Below are positions 1 to 11,555 of a stretch of DNA of 64,000 nt, piece by piece. Location: positions 239,446,001-239,510,000 of the forward strand of contig NC_086097.1 in the NCBI RefSeq assembly GCF_963921235.1, written 5' to 3'. The notes below the pieces were generated by a model. That model was not told where the DNA came from, did not search any database, and saw only the letters and a program-made list of their open reading frames with translations. The stretch comes from Mobula hypostoma (Eukaryota). Position 1 is the first letter of the stretch. Each line of letters begins with the position of its first letter. The translations under genes were made by a program, and so were the position numbers.

Positions 1-341
1 TGTCTTAGCTTTGTCAAGACTCCACTTTCCATTGGTATTCAAGTACTTAATTATGATGATTATTAAGAGCTGTGAAGGTTCTGTGCCCTATTGCTGTGAA
101 ACAGTGTTGCTTGCAAGTCTTTCACAGTTCACTTTATAACATAACTTGACATGCTCTATGAATCCTGAACTGTATCAGACTGATTGCGAGAATGGAACAA
201 CTGCAGCATACGACCGACTGATCGTGCGATGAATCGATTCGGTGTCCTACATGCAGAGGGCTCTCTCTTATAGAGCCAGCTTTTGAGTGTGTATGTTTTT
301 ATCTCGGTGGACCTGGTTTGTAGCTCCTGTAATGTAAGTTG

Positions 342-470
342 TCAAGAATGTCATGTTACGGCTCTATAAGGCACTGGTGAGGCTTCACTTGAAGTACTGT
401 GAGCAGTTTTGGGCTCCTTATGTGCTGACATCAAAGAGGGTTCAAAGGAGGTTCATGAAAATGATTCCAT
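342..470 (+). mobile_element. CR1 LINE RT C-terminal fragment
   Basis: Encodes the LYKALVR.HL.YCEQFW motif seen in the other CR1 copies here. Confidence 0.6.
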
Positions 471-904
471 GCTAGTGCCGGAGTCTGATGGCTGAGAGAT
501 AATAACTGCTTCTGAAGCTGGCAACATGGGACCTAAGGCTCCTGTATCTCTTTCCTTGATGGCAGCAGTGAGAGGAGATGGTGGGGTATTGATGATGGAT
601 TCTGCTTTCCTGCAACAGCAGTCCTTGCAGATGCATCATGGTGCATCAGTCAAAATTGGTAAGGTTCAATGGAGACAAATGCTGAATTTCTTTAGCCCCT
701 TGTGAAACTAGAGGCGTTACTGAGCTTTTTTGGTCTTTTGCATCTACATGGCTGGGCCATTGCCAGCACAACCTGTCAACCCATCAGCCACCATCATCAA
801 ACCACCTAACCGTGCCACCACTGTTACAATCTATCTCTCCACAGTTTAAAATCCCTCACCTCACATCTCACTCAACCCTATGCCATCACCTTAACCAGTA
901 CTTG

Positions 905-1240
905 CATACTCCAACACTAAATGATTCCAGAACCTATCGACTCACTTTCAAGGACCCCACTACTGATGTTTTTGATATGAACATATGTATGTATGTATGT
1001 ATTTATTTACTTTTCTGTCAATCTATTTATTATTTTTATTTTTATATTCTGTATTTTCACAATTAGTTGTCTTTTGCATATTAATTGCCTATTATTGTTT
1101 ATGTAGTTTTTCTTTGATTCTCTTATGTTTCTTTGTTTTTACTGTGAATGTCCACAAGAAAATGAATCTCAGGTTTGCATATGGTGGTGTATATATATAT
1201 ATATATATATATACTTTGTTAATAAATTTACCTTGAGCTT
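905..1240 (+). mobile_element. Rex1/Babar-type LINE 3' UTR remnant with (TA)n expansion
   Basis: gactcactttcaaggac...cacaagaaaatgaatctcagg...aataaattta tail, recurring at 28540-28735 and 56010-56372; (TA)n at about 1190-1212. Confidence 0.5.
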
Positions 1241-1469
1241 TTAGTATAAAGCCTGTTTTCTGGATGCATAATGGCTTGATATGCTCTGCCTGTGACTGCA
1301 AGAAGCTGCAGAGTATTGTGTACACAGCTCAACACATTACAGATGGTCAGGTGTTTGGTTTCTGGGGTAGTGAGGTGGAACAGAGGTGGTGAATGTGGTT
1401 TATCATCAACAAAACAAAACAAGGAAGGTGGCACAGAACTTTTAGATCATATTCATGATCGCCTTGTCA

Positions 1470-2660
1470 AGAAATGGGACCAGGAGAAGATTCCTGAACC
1501 CAGCTGAACTGAGGGATGCCCCGATTGTCCGACTCTTCAAAAAGGGTGACAAAACTGACTGCAGAACTTATAGAGGCATCTCCCTCCTCTCTGCAACAGG
1601 AAAGGCACTCACCCAAATTTTATATGACTGGCTTTTACCTCTGGCAGAAGATCTCCTGTCTGAGTCTCATTGTGGCTTCTGTCCAGCCAGAGGAACATCT
1701 GACATGATTTTCATAACATATCAATTGCACGAGAAAGCCCAGCAACAAAATCTCTCACTTTATGTAGCCTTCCTAGACCTTACAAAAGCATTGACTCTGT
1801 AAATCGCCCTGCCCTTTGGCAGGTACTGTCAAAAATCAGGTGCCCAGACCTCAAGGTCCCATAGCTCTTACGGATTGATATGAGTGCAACAGTCATCAAC
1901 AACAGCGGCTCTGAAACAGCACATTTCAAGGTTGAAACCAGGGTCAAACAGCACATTTCAAGGTTGAAACCAGATTCTTGAAGATCGGGATAACAAGATC
2001 AACACTAAGCTTCTATTCTGTAAAGGTAAGTCCTCCCCTCCTTGCTATATAGAGCAGATTCATGGACAACATACAGCAGGCACATCAAATCCTTAGAAAC
2101 TTATCATCAAAGATGCCTCTCAAAGATACTGAGAGTTAGCTGGAAGAACAGGCCTACTAACTCCATCATCCTGAAGGAAGCTAACATTAACTCCATAGCC
2201 ACAATTGTGACTGAAAACTAATTGCAATGAGTCAGTCACATCATCCGTATGCCTGACTACCACCTCCCTAAACAACTCCTGTTCAGCCAACTCAAGGATG
2301 CAAAGTGCATTCCTGGAGGGCAGAAAAAGCAGTTCAAGGACAATATTAAGACCCACCTGAGGAAGTGTCACATCAACCTGAATGGATGGGAGAGATTAGC
2401 ACAGGAAATCTGGAAAAGGACTGTCAATGAAGGGACTGCACAGCTCGAAGAATACCTCCACCATGCTGCTGAAATGTAAGGAGAGACTGGGAAAGGCCCA
2501 ACCAGCTACATCCACCACTACTTCAATGACCTACACGTACCATCACTGCAATAGCACTCGTGGTTCATGGATTGGCCCGTTCAGTCATCTCAAGACCCAT
2601 AAGTGACCAGATCAAACACCAGGACAAGAATCATACTCGACTATGAGTGATCGCTGATAT
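1470..2660 (+). mobile_element. RTE-clade (BovB-like) LINE, 5'-truncated and internally deleted
   Basis: ORF 1455-1802 has LFKKGDK.DC..YRGISLLS..GK and YVAFLDLTKA; C-terminal RMPD..LPKQLLF (2249-2479) plus a degenerate C2H2-like tail (SHLKTHK*); the YADD region is missing near 1975. Confidence 0.85.
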
Positions 2661-2667
2661 TGGAGTC

Positions 2668-2938
2668 CACCAGTCCTCCAGGTTTAGGGGTTCAGCTCAG
2701 GGCTAACAACACTGACTAGTAAAACAAAATTGTTACGGAAACAGCAATGAAGAGTCCTTCTACAGCGGAGTGTGACAGTATTCCTGAGTCTCCATCCGGG
2801 ACTTGCATGACTGACTGTAGTGAAAACCAAGAAGAATCTACTGACGTGATGAAGGAAGCCCAGAACACTGCTAGAGATGGAGGACCTTCATTGCTGTCCA
2901 AAATGCCAGAGGTGTAATGGGGCAATAGGTAAGTAAGT
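2668..2938 (+). mobile_element. Short non-autonomous RTE-derived element
   Basis: RTE-like 5' motif (gggctaacaac...gtaaaacaaaattgttacggaaac) joined to an RTE-like 3' end with a (TAAG)n tail. Confidence 0.5.
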
Positions 2939-3896
2939 GAAAAATATCTTCATGCAAATAACAAAACACATGTAGTTTTTTACAGTATTGTGGATTTCAG
3001 AGGATAGAAAAACTGCATGCAGTAAGGAAGGGCATGGGTGGTGTCTCAGTAAAGGAGATAAATTGATCTGTCAGGTCCTTAATAATTCTACAAATAAAAA
3101 TCTCCTCTGAGCCATTTGGATTGGAAGTGCTTCTGTACTTCTTAACACGAGAGGAGAAAAGGAAACTCTTACAGAAATTCAGAACTTCCTTCTCACCTAA
3201 CAAGACAGCATTATAGTCTTCACAATGCTGAAATAGGAATCCATTTCTCAGTGTCGAGGATAGAGCGAGAGGGTAAAAGAAACTGTTTGCCATAATGTTT
3301 TGTCATGAATGCAGATAGTTGAACAAGGTTAGAAGGGCATATTAGCCACGGCTGAACTGTAGCTACCCTGATATTGATCACTAGCTCTGCCAGACAGCTG
3401 ACTTGAGGTCTGACTGGCTTCATCCATGCTTTCCAGTGAATTGTGGAAAATAACTGTAATCAGCCGATTTATAAAAGAGCTAATCTCTGAAACTTGATTG
3501 TCTAGTGGTAAAAACCATTAAAACTGCAATCAGTGGCTCTCCTTACAGATCTGTTTTCCATCACAACCTAGAGAGGCTCATGGTTCAACAGAGCAAAACT
3601 GGTGCATGACCTTTCTCGCAAGAAAAATATGGCTGACAGGTTTTGTTACAGCAGTGCAGGGGATTGGTAAGACTACAGCTGGAACACTGCAGAGCTTTGA
3701 CCTGCCTAATGAATGAAAGGGAATTTATTTTTATGGGAGGTGGGGTCCATTTGGTAGATTCCTGGAAGAAAGAGTGGTTTCAGGAGGAAAGCCTTTGACC
3801 AGTTGGAATGATGATCACTGGAATGAGGTGATCTTATTGAGACATACTGTAAGAGATGGTGAGATGATGATTTTTCAGGTGGCAGAGGTTAAGACC

Positions 3897-5290
3897 AGAA
3901 TTAGAATCGAGTTCATAATCACCAGTATGTGTCCTGAAATTTGTTAACTTAGCAGCAGCAGTTCAATGCAATGCATGATAATATAGAAAGGAAATAAAAG
4001 TAAATCAGTTGCATTAAGTTTATATACGAGTGGTGATTGATAAGCTCGTGGCCTAAGGTAGAAGGAGTCAGTTTTAGAAAACCTAGCACATTTATTTTTT
4101 CCTACATTTACACACTTAGTCCAGCGGTTGTGGAGCATACGGATCCCTTCTCTGTACGTTTGTAGAAGTCGGCGTCTTGGACCTCCAGAAGTGGTCCACA
4201 GCAGGGGTGATTGATAAGTTTGTGGCCTGAGGTAGAAGGAGATGAGTTATTAACTTCAAACTTTCTGCATTTTCACTCAAAGAGTTGAACTGCACATGCA
4301 TGTAACAAGAGCTGCATAGGTCATCTAGCCATGACCAACCTCTCAAAGCATTTCATCACTGTAGATGTGAGTGCTGTTGGGTGATAGTCATTAAGGCAGT
4401 TCACATTACACTTCCTAGACACTGGTAAAATTGTTGTCTTTTTGAATCAAGTGGCAACTTCCGACTGTAGCAGTGAGAGTTTGAAAATGTCCCTGAATAC
4501 TCCCGCCAGTTGCTTGGTGCAAGTTTTCAGAGCCTTACCAGGTGCTTCAATGGGACCTGCTACATTGCAAGGGTTCACCTTCCTTGAAGACAGCCTGACA
4601 TCTGAGACAGAGATTACAGGGTAACCGGGAGCAACAGAAATCTTCACACCTGTAGTTATATTCTCCCTTTCAAAGTGGGCAAAGAAGGCGTTGAGAATGT
4701 CTGGGAGTTATCATCGCTGCCATTCATGCTATTGGGTTTCGTTTTGTAGGAAGTAATGTCTTGTAAACCCTGCCAGAATTGTTGTGCATCTGAAGTCACC
4801 ACCAACCTCGCTTGGAATTGTCCTTCATCCTTGAACTAACCCTCCACATGCCTGGCTTTCTTGTATAGAACTTGGTCACCAGATTTAAATGCCACAGATC
4901 TAGCCCTCAGCAGATAACAAACCTCCTGGTTCATCCATGGCTTTTGGTTTGGGAATGTACAGCAAGTTTTCATAGGCACACACTCATCCGCACAGGTTTT
5001 AATAAAGTCAATAACAACTGCAGCATACTCATCCAGATTTGGAGATGAATCCTTGAATAGAGTCCAGTCCACCAATTCAAAGCAGTCCTGTAGGCGCTCC
5101 TGTACTTCCCTTGTCCGTACCTACTTGGTCCTCATTACTGGTGCTGCAGTCTTCAGTCTCTGCCTATACTCAGGGAGTAAAAGTACAAACAGGTGATCAG
5201 ATGTTCCAAAGTGAGAGCATGGAATAGCATGGTAGGCATTCTTGATGGTGGTGTAACAGTGGTCCAGTGTGTTGTTTGGTGCGCTCCCAC
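3897..5290 (-). mobile_element. Rex1/Babar LINE, decayed
   Basis: TLDHCYTTIKNAY, HFG.SDH and FPNQKPWMN motifs (ORFs 5121-5330, 4836-5075); 3' tail at 3897-4020 matches 34625-34730. Confidence 0.85.
4025..4316. mobile_element. Tc1/mariner non-autonomous derivative
   Basis: Starts at TA with TACGAG.GGTGATTGATAAG terminal-repeat-like sequence, repeated directly at 4203-4241; minus ORF 3944-4138 contains LHNRWTKCVNVG, like a mariner transposase C-terminus (L..RW.KCV...G). Confidence 0.65.
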
Positions 5291-5319
5291 TGTGAGCAGG
5301 GAGTATACTTTCAGGATAA

Positions 5320-5425
5320 CACACACACAATGCTGGAGAAACTGAGATATTCAGGCAATATCAATGGAGAGGAATAAACAATTGATGTTCCAGGCTGAGA
5401 CGTCTATAGATGCTGCCTGACTTAC
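5320..5425. mobile_element. Penelope-like terminal-repeat remnant (fold-back)
   Basis: cacacaatgctggagaaactga...atagatgctgcctgac, same family as 13080-13992 and 35854-36080. Confidence 0.5.
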
Positions 5426-5542
5426 ACCATAAGCCATAGGAGCAGAAATAGGCCATTCTGTACATCGAGTTTGCTTCACCATTCCATCATGGCTGATTTA
5501 TTATCTCTCAAGTGTATTCCCCTGCCTTCTGCCCATAACAGT

Positions 5543-7850
5543 AGACAATAGATAATAGGTGCAGGAGTAGGCCATTCAGCCCTTCGAGCCAGCACCACCA
5601 TTCACTGTGATCATGGCTGATCATCCACAGTCAGTACCCTGTTCCTACCTTCTCCCCATATCCCTTCACTCCGCTGTTTTTAAGAGTACTATCTAACTCT
5701 TTCTTGAAAGAATCCAGAGAATTGCCCTCCACTGCCTTCTGAGGCAGAGCATTCCACAGATCCACAACCCTCTGTGTGAAAAAGTTTTTCCTCAACTCCG
5801 TTCTTAATAGTCTACCCCTTATTCTTAAACTGTGGCCTCTGGTTCTGGACTCCCCCAACATCAGGAACATGTTTCCTGCCTCTAACGTGTCCAATCCCTT
5901 AATAATCTTATATGTTTCAATCAGATCCCCTCTCATCCTTCTAAATTCCAGTGTACACAATCCCAGTCACTCCAGTCTTTCAACATATGACATTCCTGCC
6001 ATCCCTGGAATTAACCCAGTGAACCTACGCTGCACTCCCTCCATAGCAAGAACATCCTTCCTCAAATTTGGAGACCAAAACTGCACACAATGCTCCAGGT
6101 GGGGTCTCACCAGGGCCTTGTACAACTGCAGAAGGACCTCTTTGTTCCTATACTCAACTCCCCTTGTTATGAAGGCCAACATGCCATTAGCTTTCTTCAC
6201 TGCCTGCTGTACCTGCATACTTACTTTCAGTGACTGATGAACAAGGACACCCAGATCTCGTTGTACTTCCCCTTTTCCTAACGACACCATTCAGTCAGTA
6301 ATCTTGCCACCAGTGGATAACCTCACATTTATCCACATTAAACTGCATCTGCCATGCATCTGCCCATGCACCCAATCTGTCCGTCACCCTGCATTTTCAT
6401 AACATCCTCCTCACATTTCACACTGTTACCCAGCTTTGTGTCATCTGCAAATTTGCTAGTGTTACTTTTAATCCCGTCATCTAAATCATTAATGTATATT
6501 GTAAATAGCTGCAGTCCCAGCACCAAGCCTTGTGGTACCCCACTAGTCACTGCCTGCCATTCTGAAAAGGACCTGTTAATCCCTACTCTTTGTTTCCTGT
6601 CTGCCAACCAATTTTCTATCCATGTCAGTATCCTGCCCCCAATACCATGTGCTCTAATTTTGCCCACTAACCTCCTATGTGGGACCTTATCAAAGGCTTT
6701 CTGAAAGTCCAGGTACACTACATCCACTGGCTTTCCCATGTCCATTTTCATAGTTACAGCCTCAAAAACTTCCAGAAGATTAGTCAAGCATGATTTCCCC
6801 TTCGTAAATCCATGCTGACTCGGAACTATCCTGCTACTGCTATCCAAATATGCCGCTATTTCATCTTTTATAATTGACGGCAGCATCTTCCCCACCACTG
6901 ATATCAGACTAACTGGTCCGTAATTGCCTATTTTCTCTCTCCCTCCTTTCTTAAAAAGTGGGACAACATTAGCCACCCTCCAATCCACAGGAACCGATCC
7001 TGAATCTATAGAGCATTGGAAAATGATTACCAATATGTCCACGATTTCTTGAGCCACCTCCTTAAGTACCCTGGGATGCAGACCATCAGGCCCTGGGGAT
7101 TTATCAACCTTCAGTCCCATCAGTTTACCCAACACCATTTTCTGCCTAATGAAAATTTCCTTCAATTCCTCCATTACCCTAGGTCCTCTGGCCACTATTA
7201 TATCTGGGAGATTGTTTGTGTCTTCCCTAGTGAAGACAGATCCAAAGTACCTGTTCAGCTCATCTGTCATATCCTTGTTCTCTATAATAATTTCACCCAT
7301 TTCTGTCTTCAAGGGCCCAACTTTGGTCTTAACTAATTGCTTCCTCTTCACATACCTAAAGAAGCTTTTACTATCTTCCTTTATATTCTTGGCTAGCTTA
7401 CCTTCGTATCTCATCTTTTTCCCCCATATTGCCCTTCAAGTTATCTTCTGTTGCTCCTTAAAAGTCTCCCAATCCTCTGGCTTCCCACTCATCCTTGCTA
7501 TGTTATACTTCCTCTCTTTTATTTTTATACTGTTGTTGACTTCCCTTTTCATCCACAGTCTCCCCTTACTCCCCTTAGAATTTTTCTTCCTCTTTGGAAT
7601 GAACTGATCCTGCACCTTCTGTGTTATTCCCAGAAATACCTGCCATTGTTGTTCCACTGTCATCCCTGCTAGGGTATCTTTCCAGTCAACTTTGGCCAGT
7701 TACTCCCTTATGGGTCCATAGTCCCCTTTGTTCAACTGTAATACCGAGACTTCCGATCTTCCCTTCTCCCTCTCAAATTGTAGATTAAAACTTATCATAT
7801 TATGGTCACTACCTCCTAATGGCTCCTTTACCTCGAGTTCCCTTATTACA
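5543..7850 (-). mobile_element. CR1 LINE, 5'-truncated, relatively young
   Basis: ORF 6338-7414 has KSPGPDGLHP, DFQKAFDKVPH, SGVPQG and FADDTK; frameshifted C-terminus 5631-6290; (ATTGTCT)-type 3' tail; same subfamily as 38609-40150. Confidence 0.95.
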
Positions 7851-8136
7851 CAACACTACATCCAGAATAACATTTGGCTTCTTTACCTCGAGTTCTGGCT
7901 CATTACACAACACTACATCCAGACTAACATTTGTAAAAAAGCTTTTTTTACAACCCTATCAACATGTTGCAGCACTTTCAATGAATTATGGACCTGTATT
8001 CCTAGATCCCTACCATTAACTGTGTAAGAACTACCCTGGTGGGCACTTGCCAGGACATGCCCTCTTCTCATTGCTACCATCCGTACCAGCCGGGAGGAGG
8101 AACAGGAGTCTGAAGGCACACGCTTTCTGATTCAGT

Positions 8137-8137
<1 letters not shown>

Positions 8138-8205
<68 letters not shown>
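8138..8205. repeat. (TA)n(TG)n microsatellite
   Basis: About 25 TG units flanked by TA runs. Confidence 0.95.
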
Positions 8206-8206
<1 letters not shown>

Positions 8207-8791
8207 GTAAGACGTCGGTCTAGTGATCTGAAGGTATATATATATACACATATATAGAGAGAGAGAGACTTCATGTAATTCGCAGTTTTTATTATTATTT
8301 ATTGCATTGTACTGCTGCAGCAAAAACAGCAAATTTCATGTCATATGCTGGTGATACTAAATCTGATTCTGACTGTGCGGCAGAACAGATGAGTTTAGTT
8401 GATCATTGGATTATTAATTTAATTGGTTCAGCACAACATTGTGGGCTGAAGAGCCTGTTCCTGCGCAGTACTGTTGAATATTCTATGCTGTAATCAGATT
8501 TTAACTTTGCAACTTCTCCATTCTATGTGATAAATGAGTGACTAATCCTCTTATTATTACTTTCCCCAAGCCCTTTTTCCCTGACTAGTATCATTATTCA
8601 AGCTATATTTCAGAAGGGGCCTCTAATACAGTTTGACAAAGTTACATGATATTGTACATAGGGACATTATTGCTGATACTTCAGGAAGGTTTCCTTGCTT
8701 CTAGATAAGGAGAAGTTTTCATCATTTGTCTCATAGTATAATCACATCTATGCTACATCAGTTCTGTCAATGGTGCTCTCAGTGACTTAGT

Positions 8792-9000
8792 TATTCAAAG
8801 TTTAAAGTAAATTTATTGTCAAAGTACACATATGTTACCAAGCATAACCCGGAGATCCATTTTCTTGTGGGCATTCATAACTTCTTATTATTAGTCCTCC
8901 TTTTGTATTTGCTGTGAATTCCCACAAGAAAACGAATCTCAGGGTTACGTATGGTGACATATGGGTACTTTGACAATAAACTTACTTTAAACTTCGAATA
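8792..9000. repeat. Inverted repeat of two Rex1-type 3' tails
   Basis: 8798-8877 is approximately the reverse complement of 8915-8994. Confidence 0.85.
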
Positions 9001-9674
9001 CCTAAGTTGATTATTATTATTATTAATAAACAATAAATATCAAGAATATGAGATGAAGAGTTCTTGAAAATGCATCCATAGTTTGCGGGAACTGTTCAGT
9101 GATGTGGTGAGTGAAGCTGAGTGAAGTTATTCAAGGTTTAGGAGCCTGCTGAGGGGTAACAAGGGGTAATAAGGGGTAATAATTGTTCCTGGACCTGGTG
9201 GTGTGGGTCCGGTCGGAGGCTCCTCTACATCCTTCTTGATGGTAGCAACAAGAAAAGAGCATGGCTTGAATGAAGGGGGCTACATAGTTGTCTACATGTG
9301 GCATTATATCCAACAAGGGAGGCCTGCTGATGCACACAAACCTTTCCTTCAGTAAATTGCGTTAATTCAGAAAGTGACCTCTCTACCATCCACCTAGCTG
9401 AGAAGACACTGGGCTCCTAAGAGAGGTCAAAACAATGACCACTGCATAATAAGAATGTTTGAGTCTGAAACCCTCAATCCATGGATCCAACAATTTCTTC
9501 TTCTGCATTCTGATTAGATGAACTTGATTTCTGGCCATTTATGGTCAATCGTAGTGTCTTGGCTGTTCTTTCATTCTACTGAGATTCCAATCAACACCCT
9601 TTCAGTCCTGATCTTTAATTGGCACTTTTAATATCCTGTTAAATGTGATCTAATTTGTTTCTTTGGGGGTATAT

Positions 9675-10160
9675 TGGGTGTCCAGGGAGGGGCAGCATCT
9701 CTGGTGAAGGGGCCTGTTGTGTCAATTCTGGGGCAATTCACTCACCTGTGGTCCCTACTAGACACTCAGCTCTCACCTGAGACTCCAAGTAGCTGTTTTC
9801 ATGCGACAGTGGCCACATCCCAGTGCACCGCTTTGGCAGGCAGGCTAAACCAGGCGAGGGTAGCCAGCGGGCTGAATACCCCAATGAGATAGGGACATGC
9901 TTGCAAAGTCACTCTGGTGGACTGGATGGATGAGATCTACAGTGGGATCTGATGGCTAGGAATGCAGCTCTGCAATGCTTTGTGGAGAGCAAAGGCACAG
10001 AGGTAGTCATGGTTATCCACTGCAACCCAGGAAGACCCCAGTTTATGATGTCTACTCATACCTAGAATGCTGAGGTTGAGAAAGCAGAACTGCCCCCGTG
10101 CAATGGCTTTTCCACATTAAAACCTCTCTTGTCATTGTTGGATATGATGGGCAAGCAACA
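9675..10160 (+). mobile_element. Probable RTE 5'UTR-derived non-autonomous element
   Basis: GC-rich block with RTE-5'UTR-like motifs (ggctaaacc...gagggtagccag; catggttatccactgcaaccc); no ORF. Confidence 0.4.
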
Positions 10161-10234
10161 ATTTGGTTCTGTGAATTGTCCATATCATTTCACTTCTGTT
10201 GACTCATAACTGAATTGATTATGTTTTATAATCA

Positions 10235-10845
10235 AGTTATGTTGAAGTTGTATAAGAAGTTGGTGAGGTCTAAGTTGGAGCATTGTGCGACATTCTGGTT
10301 ACATACCTATAGGAAAGATATCATGAAGATTGAAAGAGTGCAGAGAAACCTTACAAAGACGTTGCCGGGATTTAAAGAACTGAGTTATAGGGGATGGTTG
10401 AATAGGTTAGGACTTTATATCCTAGAACATAGAAGATTGAGGGAAAATTTGATAGGGGTATGCAACATTATGAGGAATAGAGATAGGGTAAATTGTGAGC
10501 AGGCTTTTTCCACTGAGGTTGGGTGAGACTACAATGAGAGGTCATGGGTTAAGGGTGAAAGATGTACTGTTTAAGGGGAACATGAAGAGCTTCACTCAGA
10601 GGGTGGTGAGAGTGTGTGGAATGAGCTGCCAGCATAAGTGATTGATGTGGGTTCAATTGCAACATTTAAGAGAAATTTGGATACGTACATGGATGGGTTA
10701 TGGAGGTCTATGGTCTGGGTAGAGTGCTATTGTCTGATAGGTACACGAATGGGAGGGTTATGAAGGGCTTTGGTCTGATGGGAGTAGGTGGAATACTAGT
10801 TTGGCTGAAGAACCTGTTTCTGTGCTGTAGTGCTCTATGACTCTA
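10235..10845 (+). mobile_element. CR1 LINE 3' fragment
   Basis: ORF 10215-10526 is CR1 C-terminal; ends in a ctctatgactctat tail. Confidence 0.85.
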
Positions 10846-11254
10846 TTAAATTAAAATCTGACAGGGCTGTCGTCAGCTCATTGTTCCATGGTGACTAATG
10901 TCCACATACATTTCCCTTCACTATTGCCCTCATTAAGGTAAAATACACCACAAATATATCTGTGCCCTTTCTGACCTCCAGACACTCCTACCTGCGTTGT
11001 GTTTTGTGATAACTTTCAGTTTGATCTGTAATGTTGTGTAATGTAAGGGTGCACAGCATGCTTGTCTTCCTTGGTTGGAGGATTAGGCATAAAAGTTGGC
11101 AAGTCATGTTGAGGCCATATAAAACTCTGTTTCTGCACATTTAGAGTATTGTGGTGTGCAGGAGATGTTGCTGTGTTGTGTGGCTTCATTCTTATGTCTG
11201 TACCTTCATGACTCACTCTTCCACTTGCACCAATACTAACTAATCTTCTTCCAG

Positions 11255-11550
11255 AGCCTCTCTGCGCAACCACAGGAGCTACGACAGCTGTCTGTTCATC
11301 TTTTCCCTTCCCGCTCTCTATGGACCCTATCACTCCATCCAAGTGAAGCAACAAGTTACCTGCCCTCCTTCCAATTCCAGTTCTTCCATGTCCTTTCTCC
11401 TCTACTCTGCAGAAAGCAAACACAGATTGGATACCCATGTTGCAGAACAGCGCAATTCAGTCACCAAGAGTGACCCTAGGCTACCACTTGCCTGTCACTT
11501 TAATTCAGACCAATCCCACTCTGATCTCACTCTCTTTGGCCTCTTAGAGA
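11255..11550 (+). mobile_element. Penelope-like element GIY-YIG endonuclease remnant
   Basis: ORF 11343-11555 VKQQVTC..SN...LLYSAESKHRL...VAEQ..SV....LPLACHFNS..SHSDL is a degenerate match to the PLE GIY-YIG pattern (YIGET.RRL..RF.EH...PVA.HFN). Confidence 0.75.
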
Positions 11551-11555
11551 ACTAG

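Noticed and set aside
62..202. Possible H/ACA or C/D snoRNA (hairpin, ATAACA, hairpin, ACA; ATGATGA...CTGA)
   Set aside because: The expected pseudouridylation pocket is fully paired and no terminal stem brackets the C/D boxes
259..277. GGCTCT-N7-AGAGCC hairpin resembling a histone 3' stem-loop
   Set aside because: Loop is 7 nt rather than 4 nt and there is no histone ORF upstream
5776..7672. Plus-strand ORFs overlapping CR1 (also 24505-25887, 38912-39801)
   Set aside because: Antisense shadows of the CR1 reading frame
9675..9900. HDV-like ribozyme in RTE-derived 5' regions (also 46380-46895)
   Set aside because: Known for some RTEs, but I could not build the nested double pseudoknot by eye; needs a descriptor search
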